Source: a virus
Lineage: Duplodnaviria; Caudoviricetes
Strand: one strand, 5' to 3'
Length of the DNA: 38,574 nucleotides
Virus record (IMG/VR): IMGVR_UViG_3300020432_000018
Location: 1 to 38,574 of that record
Both the position numbers and the translations under genes were made by a program. The notes beneath the pieces are model-generated. The model did no database searches, had not been told where the DNA came from, and saw only the letters and a program-made list of their open reading frames with translations. Every line of letters starts with the position of its first letter. Position 1 is the first letter of the stretch. Positions 7,339 to 15,782 of the stretch are shown here, in pieces.

Positions 7339-7510
7339 ATCAAAAACTGCTACTCTTTGGGAGCTTGATTGTATATTGCATAGAGCCGCAAAGCTTACTG
7401 ATAGAGACTTTACTATCTATCCTCCTTCTGATGAAGAAGGCAATCTCTCAGTAGATGAAACTATTGAGTATTACAAAAAAGAAATTATTAAAACTATTAA
7501 TCAAATCTAA
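7331..7510 (+). CDS. Small early hypothetical protein (59 aa; not in track)
   Basis: MSRSKTATLWELDCILHRAA...TINQI, overlapping the neighbouring genes at both ends. Confidence 0.65.
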   Translation: MSRSKTATLWELDCILHRAAKLTDRDFTIYPPSDEEGNLSVDETIEYYKKEIIKTINQI

Positions 7511-7653
7511 TGAACTTTATGGAAGAGATCAACGAAGAAACTCAAGCCATGCTGAAACAAATCAGCATACGCAAAGCTGAGAAGACAGCAGTAGCCAAGA
7601 AAAGGATTGCTGAACTAAAACAACTAATTAAATTCTGGGAGGAAGACTTATGA
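7510..7653 (+). CDS. Small early coiled-coil protein (47 aa; not in track)
   Basis: MNFMEEINEETQAMLKQISIRKAEK...FWEEDL, with TAATG and ATGA coupling. Confidence 0.65.
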   Translation: MNFMEEINEETQAMLKQISIRKAEKTAVAKKRIAELKQLIKFWEEDL

Positions 7654-8003
7654 ACGACCAACAACTAAAAGAACTTGTAGAAAAAGTTAATAATCTTGAG
7701 AAAGGTTATAGAGATTTATGTTCTGCAAATGACAGAAACAAACAAGCTTTTTTACATCTCATTGAGTTGCAAAAAAACATGAAGAAAATGCTTGAAGAAT
7801 TTTTTGGCGATCTTACAAAATTAACTGGCAAAGACAAAGACCGCAAGTGGATTTTAGATTTACTTGTACACAATGTTGAGTCACTTATAAATATGTTTGT
7901 CAAGATTGATGAAAGTCTTAGCGAAAGTTCTACAAGTGCAGCTTCAGCTATTACATCTATAGAAAAAAGGCTCAACGAACTAGAAAAAAGGCAAGCACAA
8001 TGA
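7650..8003 (+). CDS. Coiled-coil hypothetical protein
   Basis: 117 aa with a heptad pattern and ATGA overlaps. Confidence 0.7.
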   Translation: MNDQQLKELVEKVNNLEKGYRDLCSANDRNKQAFLHLIELQKNMKKMLEEFFGDLTKLTGKDKDRKWILDLLVHNVESLINMFVKIDESLSESSTSAASAITSIEKRLNELEKRQAQ

Positions 8004-8215
8004 AGTGTCCTAACTGTAGTAGCTCTAATCTGACAGTTAGAAAAACTATGTATAAAGAATGGGATAACGAAACAAAACCCTACACTTATAGACGTAGGTT
8101 ATGTATCTCTTGTGGTCATAGATTTACCACAAGAGAATATACAATCCCTGATCTTATCGCCTTTGGCAAACAAGGTTATCTTGATATGATAGATGACCTT
8201 AAAAAAAACATTTAA
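8000..8215 (+). CDS. NrdR-like zinc-ribbon protein lacking the ATP-cone
   Basis: MKCPNC...YRRRLCISCGHRFTTRE matches the NrdR N-terminal CPxC...RRRxCxxCxxRFTTxE signature. Confidence 0.8.
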   Translation: MKCPNCSSSNLTVRKTMYKEWDNETKPYTYRRRLCISCGHRFTTREYTIPDLIAFGKQGYLDMIDDLKKNI

Positions 8216-8224
8216 AGAACCACC

Positions 8225-9085
8225 ATGAAAACTAAAATGCCTACGCTTTCTGAAGCAACTAGAGTTGTATATAAAAGAAGAAAGAACGGAACTAAATCTG
8301 CTACTAATTTCTTGATAGGAATGAAGCACAACATCAAAGCACTTGGCGACCTACCAGTAAATAAAATTACTAGACCTATGGTTAACAAGATGATGGATAT
8401 TTTAAAAGAAAAACCCTACAAAAATAGTAATGCAGTTATCAATCAAAAGATGGGCTATTTGAGAGTCGTACTTCAAGAGATGGAGGAAGACGGATACATT
8501 GAGATGATTAAGATGCCAAAACCTAGACCAACAAAGAACAGTAAGGTGCATTACCTAACTGAGGATATGGAAAAAGATTTATTAGATTATCTTTATTCAA
8601 AACAAAATCCAAACACTTGGCTGGCAGCAGAAATTATTAAATGTTTAATTGATTTAGGTTGCAGAGTAAATGAACTAATGAATCTAGAAAACAGATTTGT
8701 TGACTTTGAAAACAATCAAATTAATTTTAACGATAGAAAAAACGATCAAGCTGTAGCTGTACCTATGACAGATAGAGTACAAAAGATAATGAAAAAATGT
8801 CTTTCTTATAGTGGTAGACCAACAGAAAAAGTATTCTGTGGTGTTAATTATGCTTGGTTAAATGCTATATGGCAGAAAGCTAGGAAGGACTTAGGCTATG
8901 CCGATAAGAAGTTTTATACTATCCACCTATGCCGACATACCTGTGCATCAAGGCTAGTACAAAGAGGAGTACCGATACTACTGGTTAAGGATTGGCTAGG
9001 GCATGAGGACATAGAAAACACCATGATCTATGCACACCTAGCACCAAAGGCTTTGCACTCTGTAGTTGATGTATTAAATGACTGA
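8225..9085 (+). CDS. int: Tyrosine recombinase/integrase
   Basis: Complete catalytic set: R (GCRVNE), K (DRKN), HxxR (HLCRH), H (WLGH), Y (TMIYAH). Confidence 0.93.
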   Translation: MKTKMPTLSEATRVVYKRRKNGTKSATNFLIGMKHNIKALGDLPVNKITRPMVNKMMDILKEKPYKNSNAVINQKMGYLRVVLQEMEEDGYIEMIKMPKPRPTKNSKVHYLTEDMEKDLLDYLYSKQNPNTWLAAEIIKCLIDLGCRVNELMNLENRFVDFENNQINFNDRKNDQAVAVPMTDRVQKIMKKCLSYSGRPTEKVFCGVNYAWLNAIWQKARKDLGYADKKFYTIHLCRHTCASRLVQRGVPILLVKDWLGHEDIENTMIYAHLAPKALHSVVDVLND

Positions 9086-11474
9086 GCCTAGCAAGAAACA
9101 ACTAGAGCTAGAGCAAAGTATCTCTAGCATCTCAGCCTATAACAAGATCAGTAAACAAAACAAAAACATAGAGAAGGGCAGGGAGTCCGAGAACTATTAT
9201 GCTCGCAACATCATAGAGTCAGGACTACAGAAGTTAAGCAAAGCAATACAAGATCATATAGATGAAAGTCTTAGCGGTAAGGTAGGAGTTAAAGCTGTCT
9301 CTGCTTTGTTTCTTTCTCAGTTCCCAGACGTAGATGTAGTTGCCTTTATTGCTTTCAAAGTATTACTAGATAATGCTTCGCAGTTAAAGACAACTGTATC
9401 AACTGCACTCAAGATTGGTCAGATGCTAGAAGACGAACTTAGATTTACTAAGTTTGAAGAGCTAGACCCTAAACATTTTAAGAACATAAAGAAACATACC
9501 AGAGATACCAAGAACGAAGGCTACAAAAGAAACCTTATGGTCTATCACATGAACAGTAAAGGCCATGAGTTTCAGACTTGGACAAGAGGTAATAAACTTA
9601 AGGTTGGGCTGAAGTTGATCGAGTTGATAATGATAAAAATAAATATGGTCAACCTAGTAAACAAGAAGGTAGGCAAAGCAACTACAAGTTATGTTGTCTT
9701 TACTGATAGGTTTATGAAGTATATAAGGCAGGGTAGATCCAATAGGATTGCTGCCTTTCCTATCTACCTACCTTGTCTTGATGTACCAAGAGAGTGGACT
9801 TCAATAGATAGCGGTGGGTACTTTACAGACAGACTAAAAACAAAAGCAATCAAGAGTTCTAATCAAGACTACCTAAACACACTACGAGGAGAAGACTTAA
9901 CAACAAGTCTGAAAGCGTTAACTCTGGCGAGTCAGACAGCTTGGAGTGTAAATCAATTTGTTCTAGAAACTCTTGAATACTGTTGGGAGGAACGAATAGA
10001 GGTTGGTTCATTGATAGATAGGGAGCTTGCAGAACTGCCAACAAAACCAATTAATATTGCTACTGATAAGGAAGCAAGAGAAGAATGGAGATATTTAGCT
10101 GGTTTAATCCATGATATGAATCATCAGAATATGGTCAAGAGGTATCAGATACTATCAATGATTGATACAGCAAAAAGGTATGTTGGCGAAAAATTTTATC
10201 ACGTTTACCAGTTTGATTTTACTGGTCGTATGTATCCATTAACCGCACACTTTCATCCACAAGGTAATGACATAGCAAGAGGGCTACATAGATTCCATGA
10301 AGGTGCAGAGATAAAGACTAAGCAAGACTTGAACTGGTTAGCCATAGCAGGTGCTAATCATTGGGGTCTTAATAAACATACCTATGAGGAAAGGTTGGAA
10401 TGGGCTTACATAGAAGGAACTGATCTAGCAGAAGAAGTATATAAAGACCCGATAGGTAATGTTGGGATATGGGGTAAAGCAAAAGAGCCATTTCAATTTT
10501 TGGCTTGGTGTAAAGAGTGGTGTGAGTTTCAATGCGAAGGGTATGGATATATATCTCATCATGTCTGCTGTCTTGATGGTACAAACAATGGCTATCAACA
10601 TATAGCAGGTCTTATATCTAATCAACATCTAGCTAATAAAGTTAACCTACAAAATGTTAAACAACCACAGGATTTATATAAACAAATACTTGACGTTCTC
10701 TTGATGCTACTGAAGTATGACAAGTCTGAACAAGCTGCAGTCTGGTATGCACAGAAAGATAAATTGACAAGAAAGTTTATAAAAAAACCTGTGCTTATGA
10801 TTCCATATAACTCAACTACATTCGGCATAGCAAACTACATAGAAAAATATTTTGTAAATGAAAATGTTTTTATTGCAAAAAATTTTAAAAATAATTTTTA
10901 TCTGGCAACCATGATTGAACAGGCAGTGAAGTATGTAACCCCAGAAAGCTATGAAGTATTGAAGTACTTGCAGACTACAGCGTTATGTTTTAACAAAGAG
11001 AACAAACCTATCTCTTGGCATACACCATCAGGGTTTCTTGTACAACAGAACTACTACAAGAATGATGTTAAAAGAGTAAAGACTAAACTAAGTAACTCAA
11101 GTGTTAGGCTTAGTCTAGCTGAACCAGATACTACAAAGGTAGATAAACTTAGACAGGCACAGGGTTTTCCTAGTAACTATATACATAGTCTTGATGCTGC
11201 ACATTGTCACATGAGTTTGGTCGAAGCAAGCAAGCATGGATTAAAAAACTTTTGCGTTATCCACGACTGTTATGGAAGCCCTGCATCTGAGCTTCAAAGA
11301 TTTATTGAATGTGTAAAGCAAAGTTTCTTTAATATTTATAGTGACAATAATCTTGACAATCTTTACCATCAGACGGCCAAACAACTTAGTGATACAAGTA
11401 AGCTACCAACAGCACTAAATATGGGAGACTTTAATATTAAAGATGTGTTGACAGCACCATATATATTTACATAA
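9078..11474 (+). CDS. Single-subunit DNA-directed RNA polymerase (T7 gp1-like)
   Basis: DFTGRMY, motif A LDGTNNGYQH, motif B RKFIKKPVLMIPY, PSNYIHSLDAAH, motif C IHDCY. Confidence 0.97.
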   Translation: MTEPSKKQLELEQSISSISAYNKISKQNKNIEKGRESENYYARNIIESGLQKLSKAIQDHIDESLSGKVGVKAVSALFLSQFPDVDVVAFIAFKVLLDNASQLKTTVSTALKIGQMLEDELRFTKFEELDPKHFKNIKKHTRDTKNEGYKRNLMVYHMNSKGHEFQTWTRGNKLKVGLKLIELIMIKINMVNLVNKKVGKATTSYVVFTDRFMKYIRQGRSNRIAAFPIYLPCLDVPREWTSIDSGGYFTDRLKTKAIKSSNQDYLNTLRGEDLTTSLKALTLASQTAWSVNQFVLETLEYCWEERIEVGSLIDRELAELPTKPINIATDKEAREEWRYLAGLIHDMNHQNMVKRYQILSMIDTAKRYVGEKFYHVYQFDFTGRMYPLTAHFHPQGNDIARGLHRFHEGAEIKTKQDLNWLAIAGANHWGLNKHTYEERLEWAYIEGTDLAEEVYKDPIGNVGIWGKAKEPFQFLAWCKEWCEFQCEGYGYISHHVCCLDGTNNGYQHIAGLISNQHLANKVNLQNVKQPQDLYKQILDVLLMLLKYDKSEQAAVWYAQKDKLTRKFIKKPVLMIPYNSTTFGIANYIEKYFVNENVFIAKNFKNNFYLATMIEQAVKYVTPESYEVLKYLQTTALCFNKENKPISWHTPSGFLVQQNYYKNDVKRVKTKLSNSSVRLSLAEPDTTKVDKLRQAQGFPSNYIHSLDAAHCHMSLVEASKHGLKNFCVIHDCYGSPASELQRFIECVKQSFFNIYSDNNLDNLYHQTAKQLSDTSKLPTALNMGDFNIKDVLTAPYIFT

Positions 11475-11493
11475 CAAGAGATCAAGGTATAGT
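11466..11493 (+). promoter_or_regulatory. sigma70-type promoter for the replication cluster
   Basis: TTTACA (11466-11471), 16 bp, TATAGT (11488-11493), followed by hairpin CGTCT-tttat-AGACG. Confidence 0.45.
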
Positions 11494-11548
11494 TAGGGAA
11501 CGTCTTTTATAGACGCATTAAAACGGAAACCAAACCAAGGTATCAAAC

Positions 11549-12205
11549 ATGGAAGATCTCAAGCCAGAGACTATTAAGATAGTCACACCTAATCCTACCA
11601 ATTTTAGGTATTCATATCTTGTAACTCCTGACGAGTACAAGGGTATCAAGAAATACAAAGCAGAATGTCTTATCAAGAAAGGCATAATGATGAAAGATGA
11701 AATGGGTAGAGAGGTTGATGCAGTAGAACATATCTACTCACAGCTAGAAGAGCTACTAGAAAGATGGAAGGTTTCATTAAAGGAATACTATCCAGATAGA
11801 AAGTTCACTCTTACCAAGAATAAGTTTGGTGAACCTGCACTTCCTTATTACTTAGAAGATGATTACCTAGTCATCAAGACAAGTAAGAAAGCTGGTGGGG
11901 TAAAACAAAATGGTGATGTATGGACTAATCCACCTGTTACTTTTTGGGCTAACGAAGACCCACTACGTCTTATGACAGACGAAGAGAAAGAACAGTATGA
12001 AAAGATAAGTCCTATGACAGAAGGGCAGATGTCTATGAAGTGTAGTGGCTATGACGCAGGTGCTAATGGTGTCGGTATCAGATGCCAACCTTTGCAAGTC
12101 ATAGTAAGAAAGCACGTTGAATGGACAGGTAGTCCAGACTTTCAAGCAGAAGCACCAAATAGTTATGAAGAGAAAAGTACTGCGTCAACAGCAGCCGATT
12201 TCTAA
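11549..12205 (+). CDS. Single-stranded DNA-binding protein (T7 gp2.5-like)
   Basis: Synteny, YSYLVTPD motif, GVGIRCQPLQV strand, C-terminal DF. Confidence 0.8.
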   Translation: MEDLKPETIKIVTPNPTNFRYSYLVTPDEYKGIKKYKAECLIKKGIMMKDEMGREVDAVEHIYSQLEELLERWKVSLKEYYPDRKFTLTKNKFGEPALPYYLEDDYLVIKTSKKAGGVKQNGDVWTNPPVTFWANEDPLRLMTDEEKEQYEKISPMTEGQMSMKCSGYDAGANGVGIRCQPLQVIVRKHVEWTGSPDFQAEAPNSYEEKSTASTAADF

Positions 12206-12581
12206 ATACAAGAGTAAGTTTGAAGCTACGTTTGCTGACAACTTAACAAAAAAGAAAATTGTATTTACCTATGAAACTCTCAGCATTGACTATGAAATTA
12301 CTTGCACCTATCGCCCTGACTTTATCCTCAACAATTTTATTGTGGAAACAAAAGGCTACTTCTCGAAAGAAGATAGACGCAAGCATCTTGCAATTAAGGA
12401 GAAACGACCCGACCTAGATATAAGGTTCTGTTTTCAAAATAGCAGAACCAAACTATCCAAAGCCAAAAACTCTATCTCTTACGCCAAATGGTGTGAGAGA
12501 CATGGGTTCCAATACTGCGACAAATTTATTCCTGATGATTGGTATGAAGAGCCAATACAAAAACAAAATAGTTTGCCCTGA
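12165..12581 (+). CDS. Endonuclease I / Holliday junction resolvase (T7 gp3-like)
   Basis: YKSKFE, TYRPDF, IVETKG, DRRKHL, YAKWCERHGF. ATG at 12165 preferred. Confidence 0.93.
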   Translation: MKRKVLRQQQPISKYKSKFEATFADNLTKKKIVFTYETLSIDYEITCTYRPDFILNNFIVETKGYFSKEDRRKHLAIKEKRPDLDIRFCFQNSRTKLSKAKNSISYAKWCERHGFQYCDKFIPDDWYEEPIQKQNSLP

Positions 12582-14148
12582 GTGCGGTAAAAAAAACTGT
12601 GCAGTCTTTGATGATGGACACCACCACTGTTTCACTATGGACTGTGGCTACACCTATTACCCAAACAAAAAAGAAAAACCAGTGACCAGTAAGATCATTC
12701 CTATATACAAACCAAACCCACAGTTACTTAAGGTAACACCGATTGCTTTACCTAAACGTGGAATCACTAAGGAGACTTCAGAACTATTTGGTTATGGTAT
12801 GGCAGAGTACAGAAGACAACCAGTACAAGTAGCTACATACAAAGATCAAAAAGGTAATGATGTTGCACAGCACATACGCTTTCAAGATAAGAAGTTTATA
12901 TGGATAGGAGATATGTCAAAGGTACAGCTATGGGGTCAGCATCTATGGAGACAGCATGGCGGTAATGGTTCTGTCTTTCTAACTGTTTGCGAAGGTGAGA
13001 TAGATTGCATGAGTGCTAGTCAGATACAAGGTAATAAGTTTCCTTGTGTGTCTATACCATCAGGGGTACAATCAGCAGCCAAGTATTTAGCAGCTAACTA
13101 CAAATGGCTTGATAGCTTTTGTCGTATCGTTATTTGCTTTGACAATGATGAAGCTGGTAACAAAGCAGCAGAGAAGTGTATGGAGGTATTGCCAAGAGGT
13201 AAGGCAGCTATAGCAAGACTAGATCGTAATGATATAAACGATCATCTTGTATTAGGTGAAGGTGATCTAGTCAAAGACAGGCTATGGAAAGCTAGACCAG
13301 TAAGACCTGACTCTCTTATCAATGCAGCAGACGCTTGGGATTTGTTCACCAAGGAAACAAGTAAACCTGTATCAGACTTTCCATTTCCAAAGCTAAACGA
13401 ATACACAAAAGGTTTGTTTCCTAGTCAGATCTTTACAGTAGCTAGTGCTAGTGGTGCTGGTAAGTCCACAATATGCAGGGAGCTATGCCACCATTTCTTA
13501 AAAAGAAACCTTAAGGTTGGTTACATTGGGTTAGAAGAATCAGTACAAAGAACTCTTCAAGGTCTAGTAGGTATTGACTTGAACATTCCTTTGCACTTAA
13601 ATGAAGATGGCATAACTAAAGATGATCTGCGGATTGCGTTTGATAACCTCACATCAACACGCAATCTTTTTTTATACAACCACTTTGGTAGTCTTGAACC
13701 TGATGTACTGCTTGAACAGATAAGATACTTAGCTACTGTTGATGGAGTAAAGGTAGTCATACTAGATCACATAAGCATAGTCTTGTCTGGTCTTGAACTA
13801 GATAATGAACGCAAAGCAATAGATATAATAATGACCAAGCTTAGAAGTTTAAGTGAAGCAACAGGTATAGCTATTGTATTAGTCAGCCATCTACGTAGAC
13901 CACAAGGACAATCGCATGAGTCGGGTAGAGAAGTTGATACATCAGACTTAAGAGGATCTCATTCACTACTCCAACTAAGTGATGTTGTACTCTCAGCTTC
14001 AAGAAACCAGACAGGAGATGCTAGTGAGAGACAGCGATTACAGTTAAAGGTATTGAAGTCTAGACATACTGGCATGACAGGAGAGGTAGATAAATTATTG
14101 TACGACCAGAAGACAGGTCGGCTTGTTGTATATGAGGATTTTATTTAA
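12544..14148 (+). CDS. Primase-helicase (T7 gp4-like)
   Basis: Zn finger CPEC...CFTMDC, TOPRIM EGEID and FDNDEAG, Walker A SGAGKST, ILDHIS, DLRGS. ATG at 12544. Confidence 0.97.
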   Translation: MKSQYKNKIVCPECGKKNCAVFDDGHHHCFTMDCGYTYYPNKKEKPVTSKIIPIYKPNPQLLKVTPIALPKRGITKETSELFGYGMAEYRRQPVQVATYKDQKGNDVAQHIRFQDKKFIWIGDMSKVQLWGQHLWRQHGGNGSVFLTVCEGEIDCMSASQIQGNKFPCVSIPSGVQSAAKYLAANYKWLDSFCRIVICFDNDEAGNKAAEKCMEVLPRGKAAIARLDRNDINDHLVLGEGDLVKDRLWKARPVRPDSLINAADAWDLFTKETSKPVSDFPFPKLNEYTKGLFPSQIFTVASASGAGKSTICRELCHHFLKRNLKVGYIGLEESVQRTLQGLVGIDLNIPLHLNEDGITKDDLRIAFDNLTSTRNLFLYNHFGSLEPDVLLEQIRYLATVDGVKVVILDHISIVLSGLELDNERKAIDIIMTKLRSLSEATGIAIVLVSHLRRPQGQSHESGREVDTSDLRGSHSLLQLSDVVLSASRNQTGDASERQRLQLKVLKSRHTGMTGEVDKLLYDQKTGRLVVYEDFI

Positions 14149-14150
14149 CT

Positions 14151-14885
14151 ATGACTTTACTTATTGATGCTGATTGGTTGGTGTATTCTTCTTGTTGTGC
14201 TTGCGAAGAAGATACACGTTGGAATGAATGGCAACACCAACTTACAAGTGATGTAAGAGAATGTCTTAACTGCATAGAAAATAGGCTTGATGTTTATAAA
14301 AGTATTGCAGAAGACAAACATGATATTGTCATGTGTTTTACTTCTAATCCTACATTTAGACATGAGATATTTCCTGAGTACAAAATTAATCGAATAGGTA
14401 AAAGACCACCTTTAGCTTTGAAAAATACAATTAACAAAGTAAAAGAAAGATATGAATGTATTAGTTATCCAAACCTTGAGGGAGATGACGTACTTGGATT
14501 ACTTGCAACTAATGGTAAGTATGACAATCCTATTATTGTTTCAGTTGATAAGGACATGAGAACCATTCCTTGCAAGTTACTTGCAACAGAAGAGATAGAA
14601 CATATTACAGAAAAGAAAGCAACTAGACATTGGTTTGAGATGTCGTTAGCTGGTGATGCTGGTGATGGAATACTAGGTATCAAAGGTATGGGTATGGTTA
14701 CTGCTTCAAAGACTCTAGCCAATACACCTGATACCAAAGAAGCACTATGGTCTAAGGTACAGGAGACATATACAAAGAAAGGTTATACGATTGCTGATGC
14801 TATTTTGAACGCAAGACTCACAAGGATACTGAGAGAAGGAGATTATGATTACAATACAGGTGAAGTAAAACTTTGGAACCCATAA
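14151..14885 (+). CDS. 5'-3' exonuclease (T7 gp6-like)
   Basis: LLIDAD, YKINR, LEGDDVLG, SVDKDM, GDAGDGILGIKGMG. Confidence 0.93.
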   Translation: MTLLIDADWLVYSSCCACEEDTRWNEWQHQLTSDVRECLNCIENRLDVYKSIAEDKHDIVMCFTSNPTFRHEIFPEYKINRIGKRPPLALKNTINKVKERYECISYPNLEGDDVLGLLATNGKYDNPIIVSVDKDMRTIPCKLLATEEIEHITEKKATRHWFEMSLAGDAGDGILGIKGMGMVTASKTLANTPDTKEALWSKVQETYTKKGYTIADAILNARLTRILREGDYDYNTGEVKLWNP

Positions 14886-14886
14886 A

Positions 14887-14999
14887 GAAAACCCCAAGAG
14901 GAACCACACCCTTGAGGTTTTCAAACTAAACAAAAGTCCTTATGGAGAAATCAATATCTTTTGTTTAGTCTTGCGTTGCAACAAGGTAACCACTCCTTG
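14887..14999. ncRNA. Structured intergenic element with three hairpins (candidate sRNA; hairpin 1 may be a terminator)
   Basis: Stems at 14887-14922, 14925-14969 (perfect 12 bp) and 14982-14999. Loops 1 and 3 share AACCAC[A/T]CC. Confidence 0.5.
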
Positions 15000-15045
15000 C
15001 TATCTACAGACTAACATATAATATAGAAATAGCTCTTTAATTTTT

Positions 15046-15240
15046 GTGTCTTTACCAGTAATTACTGACGAACTTATACAAGCTTTAGATGCTGTGTTTC
15101 CTAACAGACACCCAGACCTATCGCTATCAGATCGTGAAGTGTGGTATCGTGCAGGGCAGAGGTCTGTTGTTGATTATCTTATCGAACAACAACTAAGACA
15201 AAAAGAAACCATGTTAACTAACAGAGTCTTGGAGAACTAG
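15046..15240 (+). CDS. Small conserved-type protein of T7-like phages (gp6.5-like position)
   Basis: GTG start, YRAGQRSVVDYL motif, TATAAT at 15017-15022 upstream. Confidence 0.7.
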   Translation: MSLPVITDELIQALDAVFPNRHPDLSLSDREVWYRAGQRSVVDYLIEQQLRQKETMLTNRVLEN

Positions 15241-15242
15241 CT

Positions 15243-15509
15243 ATGTGTTTTGGCGGTGGTGGCGGTGGTCAACGTAGAGTTGCAAAATATCAAAGCAAGA
15301 ATGACGCTGCTGTTGTTACAGGTATGCAGACAGGTGTTGAAAATCCTAAAGATACAAAGAAAGCCTCAGACAAATTAAAAATACAAAGAGAAAAAGAAGA
15401 AGGAAGATATGTAGATCCAAGCATTGCTACAGCACAAAAGCTAACACGAAACAGAAATAACATTATGCAACCTAAAACTGCTAGAAGTTATTTGAATAAA
15501 GCAAACTAA
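15243..15509 (+). CDS. Small virion protein (T7 gp6.7-like)
   Basis: MCFG N-terminus as in gp6.7-type proteins; position before the portal. Confidence 0.6.
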   Translation: MCFGGGGGGQRRVAKYQSKNDAAVVTGMQTGVENPKDTKKASDKLKIQREKEEGRYVDPSIATAQKLTRNRNNIMQPKTARSYLNKAN

Positions 15510-15565
15510 AAGAAGACTTTAATTTAGTTCATGCTAGTATAAGAAAAAAATAATATTTAAAAGCT

Positions 15566-15781
15566 ATGTGCATCGGAGGAAGACCATCACCCCCACCTGC
15601 ACCTGCGCCCGAACCAGTTGATTCTCCTATAGAAGATACTGCTGATGCAGTTGTTGTTGGTAAACAAAAAAAGAAACAGGTTTCTGACTCGAAACTGGCA
15701 CAAGGCAGAAGAATGGGTACTAAGTCATTACAAATACCACTATTAAATAATAAAGGTGGAGATTTAAATTATCCAACTTAA
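15566..15781 (+). CDS. Small virion/tail assembly protein (T7 gp6.7/gp7.3-like)
   Basis: MCIGG-Pro-rich start, GTKSLQI...GGDLN C-terminus, immediately before the portal. Confidence 0.6.
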   Translation: MCIGGRPSPPPAPAPEPVDSPIEDTADAVVVGKQKKKQVSDSKLAQGRRMGTKSLQIPLLNNKGGDLNYPT

Positions 15782-15782
15782 T

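Noticed and set aside
14887-14999. Possible mini-CRISPR array or tRNA
   Set aside because: Only two imperfect ~19-nt repeats, no cas genes, and no cloverleaf or T-loop consensus.
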